From NCBI GenBank assembly GCA_964270895.1, contig OZ185435.1: a stretch of DNA of 64,000 nucleotides; one strand, written 5' to 3'. Numbering within the stretch: position 1 is the stretch's first letter; each line of letters begins with the position of its first letter. Made by a program: the position numbers and the translations under genes. The stretch comes from Podarcis filfolensis (lineage: Eukaryota). Below, piece by piece: positions 61,130 through 64,000 of this stretch. The notes beneath the pieces are model-generated. The model made no database searches. It saw only the letters and a list, made by a program, of their open reading frames with translations, and had not been told where the DNA came from.

Positions 61130-61610
61130 AATATTTAAAATAGTTTCAAAACAGTTTAAAGCAATTTAAAATTTCAAAATTCAGGCAAGTCCTAAAACCA
61201 TGCATCTCAGTGTCAAAAGCCAAGGTGAACAGGTTGTTTTCAGCATTTGCCAAAAGCTGTATAATGAAGGCACTAGGTGTACCCCTGTGTGGGATGAAGT
61301 TGTACAACTTAGAGGCTGCCACAGAGAATGCCCTCTGAACTCTGTCCAACAGAGATGGCAAACCAGCTGGAGGCATTCATAGCCATTGAGCTCAAGCCTC
61401 CAGTGACAGTGTTGAATCCAGGAGCACCCGCAAAGTATGGGACTCTTTCTTCCAGGGGAGAGCAGTCCTCACTTCCCAGACATGAGGACTTGGGATAGAC
61501 ACAATAGACACATCTGTCTATTGAGAATCCAGCTTCTTGGCACAACTCCAATCCAGCATCACCTCCAAGTACAAGACTTCAGTTGAACAGAGCAAAAAGA
61601 CACAGCAGCT
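61130..61610 (-). mobile_element. Decayed L2 3' region
   Basis: RAFSVAASKLYNFIP corresponds to L2 RAFSVAAP.LWNSLP; AT-rich 3' UTR follows. Confidence 0.8.
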
Positions 61611-64000
61611 TCTCTTTCTCTTCCTATCTTTCAGTAATTCTTCCTGGATTGTACTGCATAACATTACTGAGGAGGGCACTGAATACCGTTAGTATTTCTT
61701 TTAATCTATAGAAATTTTCATGTTTACCAGCTCAGGAAAATAAATTTTGGTGGCTCATAATGCTCGCCTCAAATACAACATGAGCAGCTGAGTTCTTCTC
61801 AAGTTTAGAATAAAATCTCATCCAGATAAACTAAATATTCCTTCTTTCCTCCCACCTTCCTTCCTCCATTTCATCTGCCCTCCTCCTTTTGTTCACTCCA
61901 TCAGTCCACACACCCACTTACCTCCCTTGCAGCCCTGGCAATGGAGGGGAGGAAGGGAGCTCTGCAAAATGGAGTCTGTGATGAGCTGGCTCTGTAACAG
62001 CATGCCAGGCACCAGTGGGTGTGGGGGAAGAATGACTCCATATTTACTCCATTGCACTGCTAGCCATGTAAGTGAATGAGTGGGAGAGGGTTTGGGGGCC
62101 GGGAATTGGCAAAGGGATCAGACTCTGATGCACCCACAGTGATATAATTGAGAGTGGAACAGAGTTTGATTTGTTTCAGAACTGGACTTGAAATAAGTAA
62201 AAGCTATTCTCCGAGTTCTAATGAAAATGCTTTGGATCTTTCAGCTAGGTTCCAAGCCTGATTCAATGGGAATTTTCCTGCAGGCTGGTTATCTATTTCT
62301 CTGCATAATCTCTACTTATTTTCTGCAGGAAGCAAAAACCTGTACAATAGCTTACTGCATATATTTGACTTTCAGGTCAAAGGTGAAGTGTTTGCCACAG
62401 GTTTTGGATGCCCCAAATATAAGGTTTTGAAATTTCAAACCTTGTATAACCACTTCAGAGGCGCACATACGTTTAGCTACAATGACAGGAGGTTAGTAAG
62501 AATTACAAGGGAATACACGAGAAGAATAAGAGCCTAGAATTTAGGTACATGGGGACTGAAAGTCAAATAGAATCAAGGTGAATTACCAACTCAGTGACCG
62601 TTTTCAGCACCTGTGAGTCAGAATGATGATATTCTGATACAGCAAGATATTCTAGTTGAGTACTTGGGGACTTATTTTCTAGCAGGCTATTCTATGCAAT
62701 CATGAGTGCAGTTTATTGCTGAGTTGACACTGTGAATAATTTGGCAGTGCTGTCTGTTATGTATAATGTATTGCTTGTGTACTAATATTTTTTGTATTTT
62801 ATGAATCTTATGTTATATGCATATATTATGTTATTATGAAACTGTGTTGTAAAACACCCTGTGGCCTTTCTGACAAATGACAGCATATAAAAAATTTAAA
62901 TAAGTAAACAAGAAGGGCATATATAAGCATTAACCAGAGTGTTATTTATATATTTAATTATTTTAGGCATTTATACACTTCCCTTTCTGCCAGAAAGGCT
63001 CTCAGACAGGCTTACAAAAACCAGCACTAAGATGATCTTTTCCTACAGGGTCACAATCCAGAAAGATAGGGCACACAAAGTTTTGTAGATTTTTAGAGGA
63101 CTTGTCATTTAGTGGCTATCTTTGAAGAGTCATGCACACTTCTGTATCAGGCTTCTCTGACTGTGCTACACTTTCACACATATGTACAGCATTTGATGAA
63201 TATGTATGTCCTATCAATTGAATCTGTAAATGAGCACCATTAGAAAGCCTTTGCATTTCAATGATGTATCAACTCTGCTTGGATTTCTAGCTGTGATGGG
63301 TCACTCGAACACTAAAAGCATCACTTGCTGCTGCAATCATCCAGTGGTGAACACTTGGAAATGTTGTACGAATTGGCATCAGTATTATCACAGGTCCAAA
63401 CTAGATTTGATGGTAATTCCATGAATGCAATTAGTGTGCACATTTTTGTTGTTGTTATGTAAATAGTAACCATCGGAAGTCTTGGCAGTATGGTGGTAGG
63501 GTTGTGGAGTTGCAATCTTCCTTTCCCTACGACAGTCATGATTTTTTTTTTTTTAATCATCCTCGCCAAAGCTTTTTTGTTATTTTGTTTTTTGCAATTC
63601 AAACAGTACTTGTTTGGTGGGGCTACCCTGCTAACCTTACCTCCCTCTGACTTATTCATGGCAGCTACCAGAATGAAGAAGGGGAGAGATGAGGCACTGG
63701 TGAGGTTGGTATGATGCAAAAGCACCAGTGGAGCCAATTTGGTGCTCCTGCCAACATATTTACACTGCGCTGATCTACTCAAAACCTTGCCCTTCTTCTC
63801 TGGTAACAACTGCAACAACTTCTGCAAGCTGCTTCTATAGATGAGACTGATGTTGGTCTATAAGGACCCTGAATTGCTGCTTGGATGCTGCATGTACTAT
63901 AGAGTGATGGTAGAAGATGGTTCTTTGACTCTCCCTCTCCCCCCCCCTTTTCCCCTCAAATTAATTCACTCTAGGAAGCATGGCAAACAAACATCTAAGA

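Larger units (their letters stand above)
27384..64000 (+). other. DPP10: DPP10 intron 1 (partial; continues beyond window)
   Basis: Starts at GT 27384. No sequence resembling exon 2 (ELGSNSPPQRNWKG...) was seen, though I could not translate exhaustively. DPP10 intron 1 is hundreds of kb in mammals. Confidence 0.85.

Noticed and set aside
63321-63827. 168-aa minus-strand ORF
   Set aside because: Runs through poly(T)/poly(A) tracts giving Lys runs; no domain; antisense within the DPP10 intron.

Overview
Vertebrate genomic DNA, almost certainly from a squamate and probably a lacertid lizard. This is inferred from the repeat content: Sauria/Squam SINEs, BovB, CR1, L2 with (ATT)n tails, hAT and Tc1/mariner MITEs. 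The only protein-coding sequence I can support is a 60-nt, phase-0 first coding exon at 27324-27383 (+) encoding MNQTATVSHHVKCQSSKTIK. It matches 17/20 residues of the human DPP10a N-terminus as I recall it (MNQTASVSHHIKCQPSKTIK), i.e. DPP10, the Kv4 channel auxiliary subunit. Bases 1 to ~26.9 kb are upstream intergenic DNA, ~26.9-27.3 kb is promoter/5' UTR, and 27384-64000 is the start of the very large intron 1; I did not see exon 2. Best new-looking signals: a near-consensus REST/NRSF RE1 element ending 2 nt before the DPP10a start codon; two uORFs and a 73-nt pure-purine tract in the likely 5' UTR; paired CRE-like and palindromic AP-1 sites upstream; a 45-nt candidate exon that could give DPP10 an alternative N-terminus; three retrotransposon insertions with templated or fold-back filler at their 5' junctions; and several young, sometimes nested hAT MITEs with intact 8-bp TSDs. 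I found no convincing evidence of a wholly new biological system. All family names and human comparisons are from memory, not database searches, and many repeat boundaries are approximate.
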